Shown here one piece after another: positions 47,495-56,882 of a DNA stretch of 64,000 nt. The translations under genes were made by a program, and so were the position numbers. Numbering within the stretch: the first letter of the stretch is position 1; each line of letters begins with the position of its first letter. The stretch is from an uncultured Planctomycetaceae bacterium (lineage in GTDB: Bacteria > Planctomycetota > Planctomycetia > Planctomycetales > Planctomycetaceae), in NCBI GenBank assembly GCA_963976765.1, contig CAXBME010000002.1, positions 124,001 to 188,000 of the forward strand, in the 5' to 3' direction. The notes beneath the pieces are model-generated. The model saw nothing but the letters and a program-made list of their open reading frames with translations, was not told the origin of the DNA and did no database searches.

Positions 47495-48706
47495 ATGCCC
47501 GATCGAATCCGAGTCCTGTTCGCGATCGGGTCGTTAGCTGGCGGCGGCAGCGAGCGTCAGGTCGTCAATATTCTGCGACACCTGGATCGCTCGCAGTTTG
47601 AACCGCATCTGTACCTCATCAGTCGAACGGGCGAGTTCCTCTGCGAGGTTCCCGACGACGTCCCGGTGACGGCTTTCGACGACCAACCGGATCCCAGTGG
47701 CATGTACCTGCCCGGACGGATTCGGCGGGCTCAGATTGCTCACTTCGCATCCGTTCTGATCAACCAGAACATCGAGGTCGTTTACGACCGCACTCCGCAC
47801 ATGACACTCATTGCCGGACCGGCATGTGAAACGCTCAACGTGCCACATCTCTCAACTGTCGTCTCTAATCCAGTCGACGACCTGAATGAAAACATTGGCC
47901 GCTTCCGTTGGCTGAAGTATCGAATCCTGAAACGTGTCTATCGGAATTCCAGTTTCGTTATTGCCAACTCCCGACCGCTCGCCAGAGCGTGTCGCGACTT
48001 TTACGAACTACCGGTCGACCTGGTAACAGCGTTGTCGAACGGTTTTGATTTCGCTGAGATAAACAGTCTCGCCACCGAAAACGCTGCCTCTTCAGACACA
48101 CTTGCCGGCACCTTTCACATCGTGGCTGTCGGGCGGCTTGAGGAATGCAAAGGGCTCGACCTTCTGCTCAACGCAGTCAACGAACTCGTCAACGTTCGCG
48201 GGAAAACCAACCTTGCCGTGTCGATTGCCGGGCGAGGCTCCTGCAAAGCTCAATTGGAGCATCTGACCGCTCAAAATTGCCTGGAACAGGTGGTGCGGTT
48301 CGCTGGCTTTCAACCGAATCCATATCCGCTGATCAGGTCAGCAGATTTGTATTGCCTGACGTCGCGTTACGAAGGCATGCCCAACGTGCTGGTCGAAGCA
48401 ATGTCGCTGGGCGTGCCCGTCCTCTCCACCGACTGCCCGCACGGACCGCGTGAAATTCTGGAAGACGGAAAGCTTGGAATGCTGGTTCCGAATCTGGACG
48501 TGCAATCGATCGCCGACGGTATTGAGCAGGCAATGAAGTCCGACTCCACCCGCGAAGATCGAACAGTTCGGGCGAAAGAATCCGTGCTGACTCGTTTTGG
48601 TATTGGTCCAACGACGCAGGCTCTGGAAACGCTCCTGCTCAAGGCGGCAGGACGAACGTCACACGCAAGCAATAACTCGTCAGCTGACGTTCGCTCCACG
48701 CCTTGA
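47495..48706 (+). CDS. Glycosyltransferase family 4 (GT-B)
   Basis: GGGSER, VGRL..CKG and SRYEGMPNVLVEAM..G.PV. Confidence 0.92.
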   Translation: MPDRIRVLFAIGSLAGGGSERQVVNILRHLDRSQFEPHLYLISRTGEFLCEVPDDVPVTAFDDQPDPSGMYLPGRIRRAQIAHFASVLINQNIEVVYDRTPHMTLIAGPACETLNVPHLSTVVSNPVDDLNENIGRFRWLKYRILKRVYRNSSFVIANSRPLARACRDFYELPVDLVTALSNGFDFAEINSLATENAASSDTLAGTFHIVAVGRLEECKGLDLLLNAVNELVNVRGKTNLAVSIAGRGSCKAQLEHLTAQNCLEQVVRFAGFQPNPYPLIRSADLYCLTSRYEGMPNVLVEAMSLGVPVLSTDCPHGPREILEDGKLGMLVPNLDVQSIADGIEQAMKSDSTREDRTVRAKESVLTRFGIGPTTQALETLLLKAAGRTSHASNNSSADVRSTP

Positions 48707-48707
48707 A

Positions 48708-50636
48708 TCATGCGGCGACGGTTTTCGAGTCAGTTTTCTTCGTCACGAGCGAAACTCCGACCAGCGTGATGAAGCCAAGTGGAATAGTCACGATACCTGG
48801 CTGGCCAAAGGGCACCAGAGCGTCGCCAGCGGTCAAGCCAAAGACCTGTTCCATCGAATCGGCGCTGCACAGAATCCAGCCGAGGCTGCTGAGCATTCCA
48901 ACAACGACTGCGGCGATGACTCCTTCTTTGGTGACGCCTTTCCAGAACAGGATCATGATCAATGATGGCAGATTAGCCGACGCGGCCACGCTGAATGCCC
49001 AACCAACGAGATAGCTGACGTTCATTCCTTCGAACTTGATTCCGAGCACGATGGCGATGGCACCGACAATTACTGAGGCAATCTTGGCGACTCGAACCTT
49101 CTGATGATCGTCCATTTCGATTTTGAAATAGCTCGACAGCAGGTCGTGAGTCACCGCGCCGGCGGACGCAAGAATCAAACCACTGACTGTTCCCAGAACG
49201 GTCGTGAAGGCGATGGCCGAAATCGCCGCGAAGAGCAGTTCGTTCATACTTCGAGCAAGCAGCGGAGCCGCCATGTTGCTGTTCGTAACGTCCATGCCTC
49301 CGCTGGTCATGGCTCCAAGCCCCATGTAAAGCGTCAGAACATAGAAGAAACCGATACTGCCGATACCGACGATTGTGCTCTTCCGAGCCGCCGCCGCGTC
49401 CTTGACGGTGTAGTAGCGAATCAGAATGTGCGGCAACGAAGCCGTCCCGCAGAAAAGAGCGAGCATCAGCGAAAGAAAGTTTAACTTACCGATGAAACTG
49501 TCGCTGCGGATGCCTTTGAACTTCGGATGCTCACCAGGACGAAGCACGTGACTTCCTGGAGTCGGCTTCTGGTAATAGACAGTCGTTTCAGAACCGTCGT
49601 CATCCACGATTTTCTTACTCAACCACAGAACCACTTCGCTCTTCTGAAGCGTGCTGAAGAACTCCAAAGGGCCAACAGCCGAGCCGGCCTCGTAGTCGTC
49701 AGGCAGTTTGCTGATATGCCCAACTGAGTGCAGTTCCGGTTCGCCCCTCTTCGTACCTTTCTCTTCTCCGTTGACCAGGATTTTGCCGTCTTTGGTTTTG
49801 GTTAGCGTCTGAGCTTCCCGCAACAAGGACGCCGTGCCATCCTGCGATTCAACGTCCTGCTTCGTCCAGACGGAAATTCTGCCGGTAGACGAGTCCTTCA
49901 ACCGCAGGAAATCAGTTTCAGCCCAGGCTCCGGTTGGATTCACCACTTCCCATTCCGAACCTGCCACGTCGTGAGCATTCAGTGTGCGAAGTCCCGTTGA
50001 TGCTTCATCGGAGTTTTCGGTAAACCCCTGATTCAGAATCATCACAGTCAGGATCGCACTGAAGACAACCAGCAGCGTTCCCTTAATAAACTGCACCCAC
50101 GTCGTTGAGACCATTCCCGCCGTGACGACGATCAGAATGACCGTCACGCCGACGATGACAACCCCCACCCAGTGGTCAAAACCGAGCAGCGGCTGAACCA
50201 GCACCCCTGCTCCAACCATTTGCGGAATCAGGTAAAAAACACTGACGGCCAGCGTGCTGATGCCTGCGGCGAGCTTGATTCCCGGTGAGTTGAACTTCGC
50301 GTCCAGCGCGTCGGCGAAAGTGAATTTGCCGAGCCGTTTCATTGGCTCTGCAATGACAAACAGCGCGACGATCCAACCGGCGAGATAGCCGATCGAGTAG
50401 AGAAACCCATCGTAGCCGTAGAAAGCGATCATCCCGCAGATGCCAAGGAACGACGCGGCTGACAGGTAATCTCCGGCAAAGGCAACGCCGTTAACAAACC
50501 ACGGAATCTGACCGTGAGCTGCGAAATAGCCTTTGGAGTCGGTCGCTTTTCGGCCCAGCCAGAAACTGATGCCCAACGTGATTCCAACGAAGACAAAAAA
50601 GATCACCGCCGCAGACACTGAGGGTTCGTAAATCAC
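48708..50636 (-). CDS. actP: Cation/acetate symporter (SSS family)
   Basis: GDYLSAASFLG, GMVSTTWVQ.IK, GTASLPHILIRYYTV, AFTTVLGTVSGL and AASANLP. Overlaps the stop of the DUF485 gene. Confidence 0.9.
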   Translation of the reverse strand: MIYEPSVSAAVIFFVFVGITLGISFWLGRKATDSKGYFAAHGQIPWFVNGVAFAGDYLSAASFLGICGMIAFYGYDGFLYSIGYLAGWIVALFVIAEPMKRLGKFTFADALDAKFNSPGIKLAAGISTLAVSVFYLIPQMVGAGVLVQPLLGFDHWVGVVIVGVTVILIVVTAGMVSTTWVQFIKGTLLVVFSAILTVMILNQGFTENSDEASTGLRTLNAHDVAGSEWEVVNPTGAWAETDFLRLKDSSTGRISVWTKQDVESQDGTASLLREAQTLTKTKDGKILVNGEEKGTKRGEPELHSVGHISKLPDDYEAGSAVGPLEFFSTLQKSEVVLWLSKKIVDDDGSETTVYYQKPTPGSHVLRPGEHPKFKGIRSDSFIGKLNFLSLMLALFCGTASLPHILIRYYTVKDAAAARKSTIVGIGSIGFFYVLTLYMGLGAMTSGGMDVTNSNMAAPLLARSMNELLFAAISAIAFTTVLGTVSGLILASAGAVTHDLLSSYFKIEMDDHQKVRVAKIASVIVGAIAIVLGIKFEGMNVSYLVGWAFSVAASANLPSLIMILFWKGVTKEGVIAAVVVGMLSSLGWILCSADSMEQVFGLTAGDALVPFGQPGIVTIPLGFITLVGVSLVTKKTDSKTVAA

Positions 50637-50878
50637 TGGTCGTCCTCCGTGGACGAACCAGGTTCGTCATTCGAATCGCAAAGAACTCCGTACAACAGAG
50701 CCATGATGAATGCCGCAATAATCAACCCGAAGCCGTACAGAATGGCGACGTTGATCCCGGCAATCGGAGTGGCCTCCATCGACTCGGGTGAAAACGTGTT
50801 GATCAGCACGAATCCGCCGTACAGAACCAGATAAACGGCGAACAGGATGAGCCCCATTCGAGAATTGCGGGTTTGCAT
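50633..50878 (-). CDS. DUF485 (YjcH-like) small membrane protein
   Basis: Two TMs (LILFAVYLVLYGGFVLI; AILYGFGLIIAAFIMALLY) in the canonical position upstream of actP. Confidence 0.85.
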   Translation of the reverse strand: MQTRNSRMGLILFAVYLVLYGGFVLINTFSPESMEATPIAGINVAILYGFGLIIAAFIMALLYGVLCDSNDEPGSSTEDDQ

Positions 50879-50993
50879 AAGAACCTCAGGTTTGCAGCCT
50901 GGTTGCGGAGTAACTTGGTCAAAAACCATAGGGTGCGTCTTGACGCACCGGAGCAACAATCGGTCGGCGGTGCGTCTTGACGCCCCCTCGAAG

Positions 50994-51839
50994 TCAGCCG
51001 ATTTCCGCTCGCAGTTTTTCGAGCAGGCGGACGGCCGTGCCGATGTCCGCTTTCTGACGAACAGGGTCGTGAGCGATTTCACGCTCGATCGTGAGCGGAC
51101 CTTCGTAGCCGAGTTCCTTCAGCGTTCGAAGGTAAGTCTCCATGCCGACGTCGCCTTCGCCCAATGGAACTTCCGCTCCCCATTCCGTGCCTCGAACATC
51201 TTCCGCTGCCCACGTGGCGTCTTTGCAATGAATGCTGCGAACCAGATGGCCGACTTTCTTCAGAGCATCGATCGGGTCGCCGGTGCCGTACAGAATCATG
51301 TTGGCCGGGTCGAAGTTGATGAACAGGTTGTCGCGATCGACGTCGCCGATGAAGTCCAGCAGGTGCTCGGCAGATTCCTGTCCGGTTTCCAGGTGCAGGT
51401 TCTGGCCGTTGCCTTTGACATAGTCGAGCAGCGACTGAGTAACTTCGATCAGATTCCTGTAGCTGTCAGTGGATCGGTCCGGGACAAATCCAACGTGCAT
51501 GCCGACGACGTTGCAGCCGATGAACTTTGCGAAGTCTGACACCGTGCGGTACTCGGCAGCGCGCGCGTCTCGTAAAGCTTCCGGGACAAGTCCGACCGTT
51601 TCTGCCGTTCGCTGAATGCTTTCGTAGGTCTCGCCGGCGAAACCGCTGAAAACAACTGTCGCTTCGAAACCGCCTTGAGCAGCTTTGTCGAGATACGCCT
51701 TCGCGTGATCTTCCGTTCGATTCTCAGGGCCAGGACAGTGCAGATGAACGGTAGGGATTTTCAGTTCCTTCATGACGTCGATACTGACGCCAAGTCCTTC
51801 GTCAATAGATGTAAAAACGCCGATCGGCCACTTACTCAT
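50994..51839 (-). CDS. Sugar phosphate isomerase/epimerase (xylose isomerase-like TIM barrel)
   Basis: LETGQE, NFDPANM, HCKD, GEGDV and LTIERE. Confidence 0.9.
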   Translation of the reverse strand: MSKWPIGVFTSIDEGLGVSIDVMKELKIPTVHLHCPGPENRTEDHAKAYLDKAAQGGFEATVVFSGFAGETYESIQRTAETVGLVPEALRDARAAEYRTVSDFAKFIGCNVVGMHVGFVPDRSTDSYRNLIEVTQSLLDYVKGNGQNLHLETGQESAEHLLDFIGDVDRDNLFINFDPANMILYGTGDPIDALKKVGHLVRSIHCKDATWAAEDVRGTEWGAEVPLGEGDVGMETYLRTLKELGYEGPLTIEREIAHDPVRQKADIGTAVRLLEKLRAEIG

Positions 51840-52135
51840 CGAGGTCGCTCCTGAGCAGAATTTAAGCAGAAATCAAAGTCGAAACCGGCCTCCGAAATGG
51901 CCAATGAAATACGCTCCGCATCTTAGTGCTGCCGATTCGGTTTCTCCAGCAGCCATCGAACATCGTTGATGTTCCGGGTATGGCCAGCATCGCGATCAGT
52001 TTCACTCGTCTTAGTGTCAACGCGATTTAAAGCCTCACAGCCAGCAGTGCCGACTCAACTAACGTACCTGCCGGACGAGCACCAGTGACACCGCGAAGTT
52101 GACAGCGAACCAAGCCGTTTTTGTACGATGCAGTT

Positions 52136-53005
52136 TCAGGAATGACAGCCGCCTCCGCCGCAGCCTTCCTTGCCGCAGCCACCGCCCTCGGGTTCCGGTG
52201 GATCGATGAATGGGTAAAGTTCGATGCGGTCCAGACCGTGGCGTTTGGCGATGTCGGTGACGAGAGGCCCGGCGTCGGGATTGGAGTCGCCCAGGAAGTA
52301 GATCACGGCAGACTCGCCGTCGAACAGGACTTCACCGTCGACGATGGCCAGGTCGATGTCCGACTCTGTAAGCACGGCGCTGCATTCTTCGATCAACTGA
52401 GACGTCAGCTCGCGCGACCGAGGTTCGTGAGTTTTTACTTCATCGGGCGTGGCCACGCGGACGACTTCTCCCCCCGGTTTGTCGCTGTTGTTCTGCGCGG
52501 CAAGGTCTTCCGGCGTGGAGAGCACTTCGCCGATTTCCTGGCCTCGGTGCGTTTGCAGGACGACTCGGTCACGATGCTGGCATTCGACGCGGTCGACGTT
52601 GCCGAAAACTCCGACCCAGCCGAGCGATCCGTAGCGGACGAGGTATCGATGAATGCCGTCGTCGACATTTGCCGCCAGCGACGTTTTCTGAGGGAGAGTT
52701 TCACGGTCGATTTCGATCGAGCCGTCATTAACCCGTACGGCGAGTGATGCCACGGGCGAGGATGGATTGGTCAGACCTTCGCCGGTCTTCAGGTCGAACT
52801 TCCAGTCATGCCAGGGACACGTCACCGCACCATCTTCCAGCACACCGTTTCCGAGCGACGCTCCTTTGTGAGGACAGCGGCCTTCAATGGCGTACAGATC
52901 CCCCTCGGAACGAAAGACGGCGACCTCGACGTCGTCCACAAAGAACTTCGCGCCGGAGCCGGTGGCAATGGCTGATTCTTCGACAATGGAAACCCAGTCT
53001 GGCAT
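52136..53005 (-). CDS. Rieske [2Fe-2S] domain fused to PSP1 (YaaT/RicT-like) domain
   Basis: CPHKG...CPWHDW (Rieske), DRVVLQTHRGQEIGEV, VVRVAT, VDGEVLFDGE..YF (PSP1), and C-terminal GCGKEGCGGGGC. Confidence 0.8.
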   Translation of the reverse strand: MPDWVSIVEESAIATGSGAKFFVDDVEVAVFRSEGDLYAIEGRCPHKGASLGNGVLEDGAVTCPWHDWKFDLKTGEGLTNPSSPVASLAVRVNDGSIEIDRETLPQKTSLAANVDDGIHRYLVRYGSLGWVGVFGNVDRVECQHRDRVVLQTHRGQEIGEVLSTPEDLAAQNNSDKPGGEVVRVATPDEVKTHEPRSRELTSQLIEECSAVLTESDIDLAIVDGEVLFDGESAVIYFLGDSNPDAGPLVTDIAKRHGLDRIELYPFIDPPEPEGGGCGKEGCGGGGCHS

Positions 53006-53172
53006 TTGTTTCGTTCGTTGAGGCAGGAGGCGATTGAGATGTTCGATGCGTACTGTAGTCAGACTGAGATTTTATCGCAGAGGCCGCCGAGGAGAAAAAC
53101 GCCAAGGGGTGGAATCGCAGGCCAGGCTTTGCCTGACCTGCAAATGCCCGAGGGATGTTAAAATATTCCGAT

Positions 53173-53201
53173 TAAAGAGACTTTGCCGGATCTGCCGATA
53201 A
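53173..53201 (+). promoter_or_regulatory. Possible sigma-28-like promoter
   Basis: TAAA-N17-GCCGATAA. The -10 box is a perfect match, but the spacer is longer than the enterobacterial N15. Confidence 0.35.
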
Positions 53202-53308
53202 ACAGAGGAACCGAGATCCCGCCTGCGCGGACTCGGGGCGGCGTTTTTGCGGCAGCCAGAGCGGCTGCCAACGCCGCTCCACGGACGCTTTCCTCTGCGG
53301 CAGTCAGC

Positions 53309-55051
53309 ATGTTTCGAGTTTTCGCCCTGACAATCAGTCTTTTGCTGCCTCTGGCAGGCTCCGGCTGCGCCGTTGTCGAAATCGGCATGCGGAACCCGGT
53401 CGTCGGGCTGGAGACCGTAGCTGTGGCTCCGTTTTTTAATCTCAGCCAGGAACGAACAGTCGACGGGCGCGAGTTTGCTCTCGATTATTACGCCGAGCTG
53501 CAAAAGATACCCGGCTTCGAAGTTGTACCCGTCGGAGTGACTGAACGGGCGATGATCGAAAGCGGCATCACGCTGTCCGGCCCCAATGACGCCGTTCGGC
53601 TGGCTCAAATTCTGAATGTTGACGCCGTCGTCGTCGGAGCGGTCACCGATTACGACCCGTACAACCCTCGGATCGGTTTAAAGGTTGCCTGGTACTCACC
53701 GCGGCAATGGCTGTTCGTGCCGACTGAAGATTCAGCTGTTTCGTCGTCCCTCTATCGCTCAAGTGATGAACCAGCGAAGCGGCCTGGACGCCCCAAATAC
53801 GGCACTGCGCGAGCACAATCGCCGGACGATTCCGATCAATGGGTCTCCGCCGAGTTTGAAACTTCCGGGTTTCGCACGACGCGTTCGACGGCTGGACGCG
53901 CCCAGGTTTTCGTTGAAGAGGGAGACTGGGAAGCGATCGAGGCCCGGAAAAACGCGTCTCAGGTTCTGCTGGCTGAAGCCGGGAGTTTCCGAAATCAGAA
54001 TTTCGCCACTGGCCAGTCACTGTTGCCCGAGGGGACGTCACTGCTGGTTCCGGCCGGCGACGATCATTTTCCTTCGTTGCCCGAGCCTGAACCCGCGAGA
54101 GAGCCTCAACCAGCCCCGCCAGCAGAAGAAGATTGGTCATCGCAGACTCTTAGAGTGCGTTATCAGGACAACGTTGATCTCTCAGATGCCTCACCTGAGG
54201 CTGCGGAGTTCGTGCCGCCGCTCACAAAGTCTGTCCCCGCCCAGGCTGTCTCCACTCAGGCTGGTAATCTCGATCCGCCGGTCGCGTTTCAGCCACCGCC
54301 TTCGGCCCAGCCGATCGCTCCCGTCAGGCCAGCGGTTGAGGCCCCCCAGTCGCCAGTCGCTACAAATGAACCGACGCCGCTGCCCGGCAGCGATGCCCCG
54401 AGCAGGCAGCCAGTAATCGCTTCGCCGTCTGACAACAATCCATTCACTCGGCATCTGCAAGACGCCTCGCCGCCTGACGAATCTCGAAGCAGAGCCATGA
54501 CGTCGCGAACAGGATTGTCGGATTTGCCTCGGAACGAGACTCCGAGAATCGCAGCCGCAGAACCAGAATTTCCGGGGCCGGAGCTCGCAACGCCGGGCAG
54601 AGAGCCCGCGCCAACGGTAACGATGCCGCCGACTGCGGACACCAGTCCCGCTGAACCTCAGCCCGGCCTGCCAGGTTCTGTCATGCGGACGCCGCTGTTT
54701 CCCGTGCCGAATTCAGAAGCAAATCAATGGCCAACCCCACCGGCTCAGAGTATGCAACCGGAGCTGAGCTACGACGATCCGGTTAACGTCCATCTGAACG
54801 AGGTCGCTTCAGCGGAGCCCTTGATGGCGTACGTCCGTTTGTTCGACGCGACCGATCGGCGACTGATTGCTCGGCTGTCAGACTATCTCGAACTGACAGG
54901 CCAGCTCCGCAGCGGCGATCTTGAGGCCTACATGAAGCGGAGCGAGTTTTTTCGAAAATTCACCGCACATGTAATGATTTCGGAAATGTTGCAGCTTCAC
55001 GGAGGCGAAGCCCAGCGACAGCTCGTTCTGAAACCACGAAAATACCGGTAA
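53309..55051 (+). CDS. Lipoprotein with CsgG/LpoB-like alpha/beta domain interrupted by a long Pro-rich insertion
   Basis: Lipobox GSG-C, VAVAPFFN and LNVDAVVVGAVTDY.PY.PRIGL, then about 350 aa of Pro/Ala/Glu-rich sequence before a folded C-terminus. The ORF opens at 53183. Confidence 0.7.
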   Translation: MFRVFALTISLLLPLAGSGCAVVEIGMRNPVVGLETVAVAPFFNLSQERTVDGREFALDYYAELQKIPGFEVVPVGVTERAMIESGITLSGPNDAVRLAQILNVDAVVVGAVTDYDPYNPRIGLKVAWYSPRQWLFVPTEDSAVSSSLYRSSDEPAKRPGRPKYGTARAQSPDDSDQWVSAEFETSGFRTTRSTAGRAQVFVEEGDWEAIEARKNASQVLLAEAGSFRNQNFATGQSLLPEGTSLLVPAGDDHFPSLPEPEPAREPQPAPPAEEDWSSQTLRVRYQDNVDLSDASPEAAEFVPPLTKSVPAQAVSTQAGNLDPPVAFQPPPSAQPIAPVRPAVEAPQSPVATNEPTPLPGSDAPSRQPVIASPSDNNPFTRHLQDASPPDESRSRAMTSRTGLSDLPRNETPRIAAAEPEFPGPELATPGREPAPTVTMPPTADTSPAEPQPGLPGSVMRTPLFPVPNSEANQWPTPPAQSMQPELSYDDPVNVHLNEVASAEPLMAYVRLFDATDRRLIARLSDYLELTGQLRSGDLEAYMKRSEFFRKFTAHVMISEMLQLHGGEAQRQLVLKPRKYR

Positions 55052-55297
55052 CCCGAGAAACGATCCGCCCAACCACGGCAGGTCGCGGAACCAGGCTCAA
55101 GCATCATGATCGGAATCGTCGAAGGAAGAGTTCACGAGGGCAGTGTTTCAGGCTGTTTGAGTCATGCTCGAAAAGCCAGGACTGATAACACCGCGATCGT
55201 GACAAAACACAGCTACGGAGCAGTCATTCCAGTGCCGTCGCCGACGGCCATGACGGACGCAGCAGGGAAGCCAGCGACGACGCACCGAGGAGAAATC

Positions 55298-55531
55298 ATG
55301 CAGCGAAGCATGAATGTACTTGCACTGGTGAAGGATTCTGAGCGCTACGTGTTTCTGTACGATGAGGACAGCGCGGCATCGCTTCTGCAGACGCTGGGAA
55401 AGTACGCGGCCGATAAGGATCTCAGCTTTACCTGGTACGACGCAGCGGTTCTGAGCCAGAAGGTTCGTAAACTGCGTCAGGAAGCAGAGTCAGAACAACG
55501 AAGTAACCGGCTCCCCGAAACGGCCTGGTAA
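55298..55531 (+). CDS. Small conserved hypothetical protein
   Basis: GAGGAG SD; NVLALVKDSERYVFLYD..LLQTLGKYAAD.DLSFTWYDAAVLSQKVR. Confidence 0.8.
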   Translation: MQRSMNVLALVKDSERYVFLYDEDSAASLLQTLGKYAADKDLSFTWYDAAVLSQKVRKLRQEAESEQRSNRLPETAW

Positions 55532-55585
55532 AACAGGCTGGCGAGTTCGCCCGCGCGGGATTTGCCCCACAACATCGAAAAACTC

Positions 55586-55632
55586 AAACGCCAGCCGGTC
55601 GTTCCCGATAAGAACTCCTGCTGGCGTTTTTT
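55586..55632 (+). terminator. Probable intrinsic terminator
   Basis: Stem aaacgccagc / gctggcgttt followed by a T run. Confidence 0.55.
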
Positions 55633-55790
55633 CGTCGGCTCAGTGGGAAGGAAGTTTCAACCGCGGATGAGCACGGATTTCACACAGATCTTGAGGATGC
55701 TTCAGGGCACCATCCGTGGCTATTCATCTTTTTCGGTTTTGCGCTGCAAGCATTGTCTGAAACTGAACTGAACGAACTAACGGATCACTC

Positions 55791-56702
55791 ATGGAACAGG
55801 CGATCGACGGATTTCTGCGGCACCTGAAGATCGAGAGAAACTCGTCGCCGCTGACGGTGAAATCGTACGCGGAAGACGTGGCCAGTCTGCTGGCCTACTT
55901 TCAGGATCGAGTCGGTTACGTTCCGGAAGCTCGGCAGGTCAGCGTCGGGATGCTGCGAGGCTACGTCGCCTACCTCCACGAATGCGACTACGCGAAAACG
56001 ACCGTCGCTCGCCGACTTGCGTGCCTGAGAAGTCTGTTCCGTTTCTGCCTGCGCGAAGGAATGACGACGTCCAATCCTGCGCAGGCACTACGGACACCAA
56101 GAACCGGTCGCAAGCTGCCGAACCTGCTGACGATCGAGCAGCTCGCGACCCTGCTGGAAGCTCCCCCAGCGAACGAGCCAATGGGGCTTCGCGATCGTGC
56201 GATTCTGGAGACGACCTACTCAGCCGGGCTTCGAGTCGCGGAAGTCGTCAGTCTGGATGTTGGAAGCTGGGACCGGGACGCGGACGTTCTGCGAGTCATC
56301 GGAAAGGGCCGCAAAGAACGCATCAGTCCGCTGGGCAGGTACGCGGTCAAGGCACTCGACGACTGGATGGAAGTCAGGCAGCCGAACCCGCAGAACAAAG
56401 ACGGCAATCCGCTGTTTCTGAATAAGTTCGGCAAGCGACTGACGACACGCAGCATTGGACGGATGCTCGACAAGTATCTCATGCTGACCGGCCTCGACCG
56501 ACAATCGACACCGCACTCCCTGCGGCACAGCTTCGCCACGCACTTGCTCGACGGTGGCGCGGACCTTCGCAGCGTCCAGGAACTGCTCGGCCACAAAAGT
56601 CTGACGACGACCCAAATCTACACCCACGTCAGCACCCGCCGCATGCAGGAAACCTACGAGCAGGCACATCCGCACTCCGCAAAAAACCGCAGCGGGAAGT
56701 AG
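55791..56702 (+). CDS. xerC: Tyrosine recombinase XerC
   Basis: [61 protein letters not shown]. Confidence 0.92.
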   Translation: MEQAIDGFLRHLKIERNSSPLTVKSYAEDVASLLAYFQDRVGYVPEARQVSVGMLRGYVAYLHECDYAKTTVARRLACLRSLFRFCLREGMTTSNPAQALRTPRTGRKLPNLLTIEQLATLLEAPPANEPMGLRDRAILETTYSAGLRVAEVVSLDVGSWDRDADVLRVIGKGRKERISPLGRYAVKALDDWMEVRQPNPQNKDGNPLFLNKFGKRLTTRSIGRMLDKYLMLTGLDRQSTPHSLRHSFATHLLDGGADLRSVQELLGHKSLTTTQIYTHVSTRRMQETYEQAHPHSAKNRSGK

Positions 56703-56882
56703 GACAGGTACCGGCCATCGCGCGGCCGGATGCGTCATTCCCGCTCAGGTGGAAAACCAGTTCTTTCGACTTTCGCAGGAATGATATACCTGGGAATCGG
56801 TCAGTTATTCTGCACACTTCCTCAACGGACAGCTAACATCGTACTTGGCGTACTGTTTCGTGATCGAAGTCTGGAGTTCTCT

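Noticed and set aside
55791..56702. Integrase marking a mobile element
   Set aside because: The sequence matches housekeeping XerC/D motifs, with no att-like repeats, tRNA target or cargo shift.
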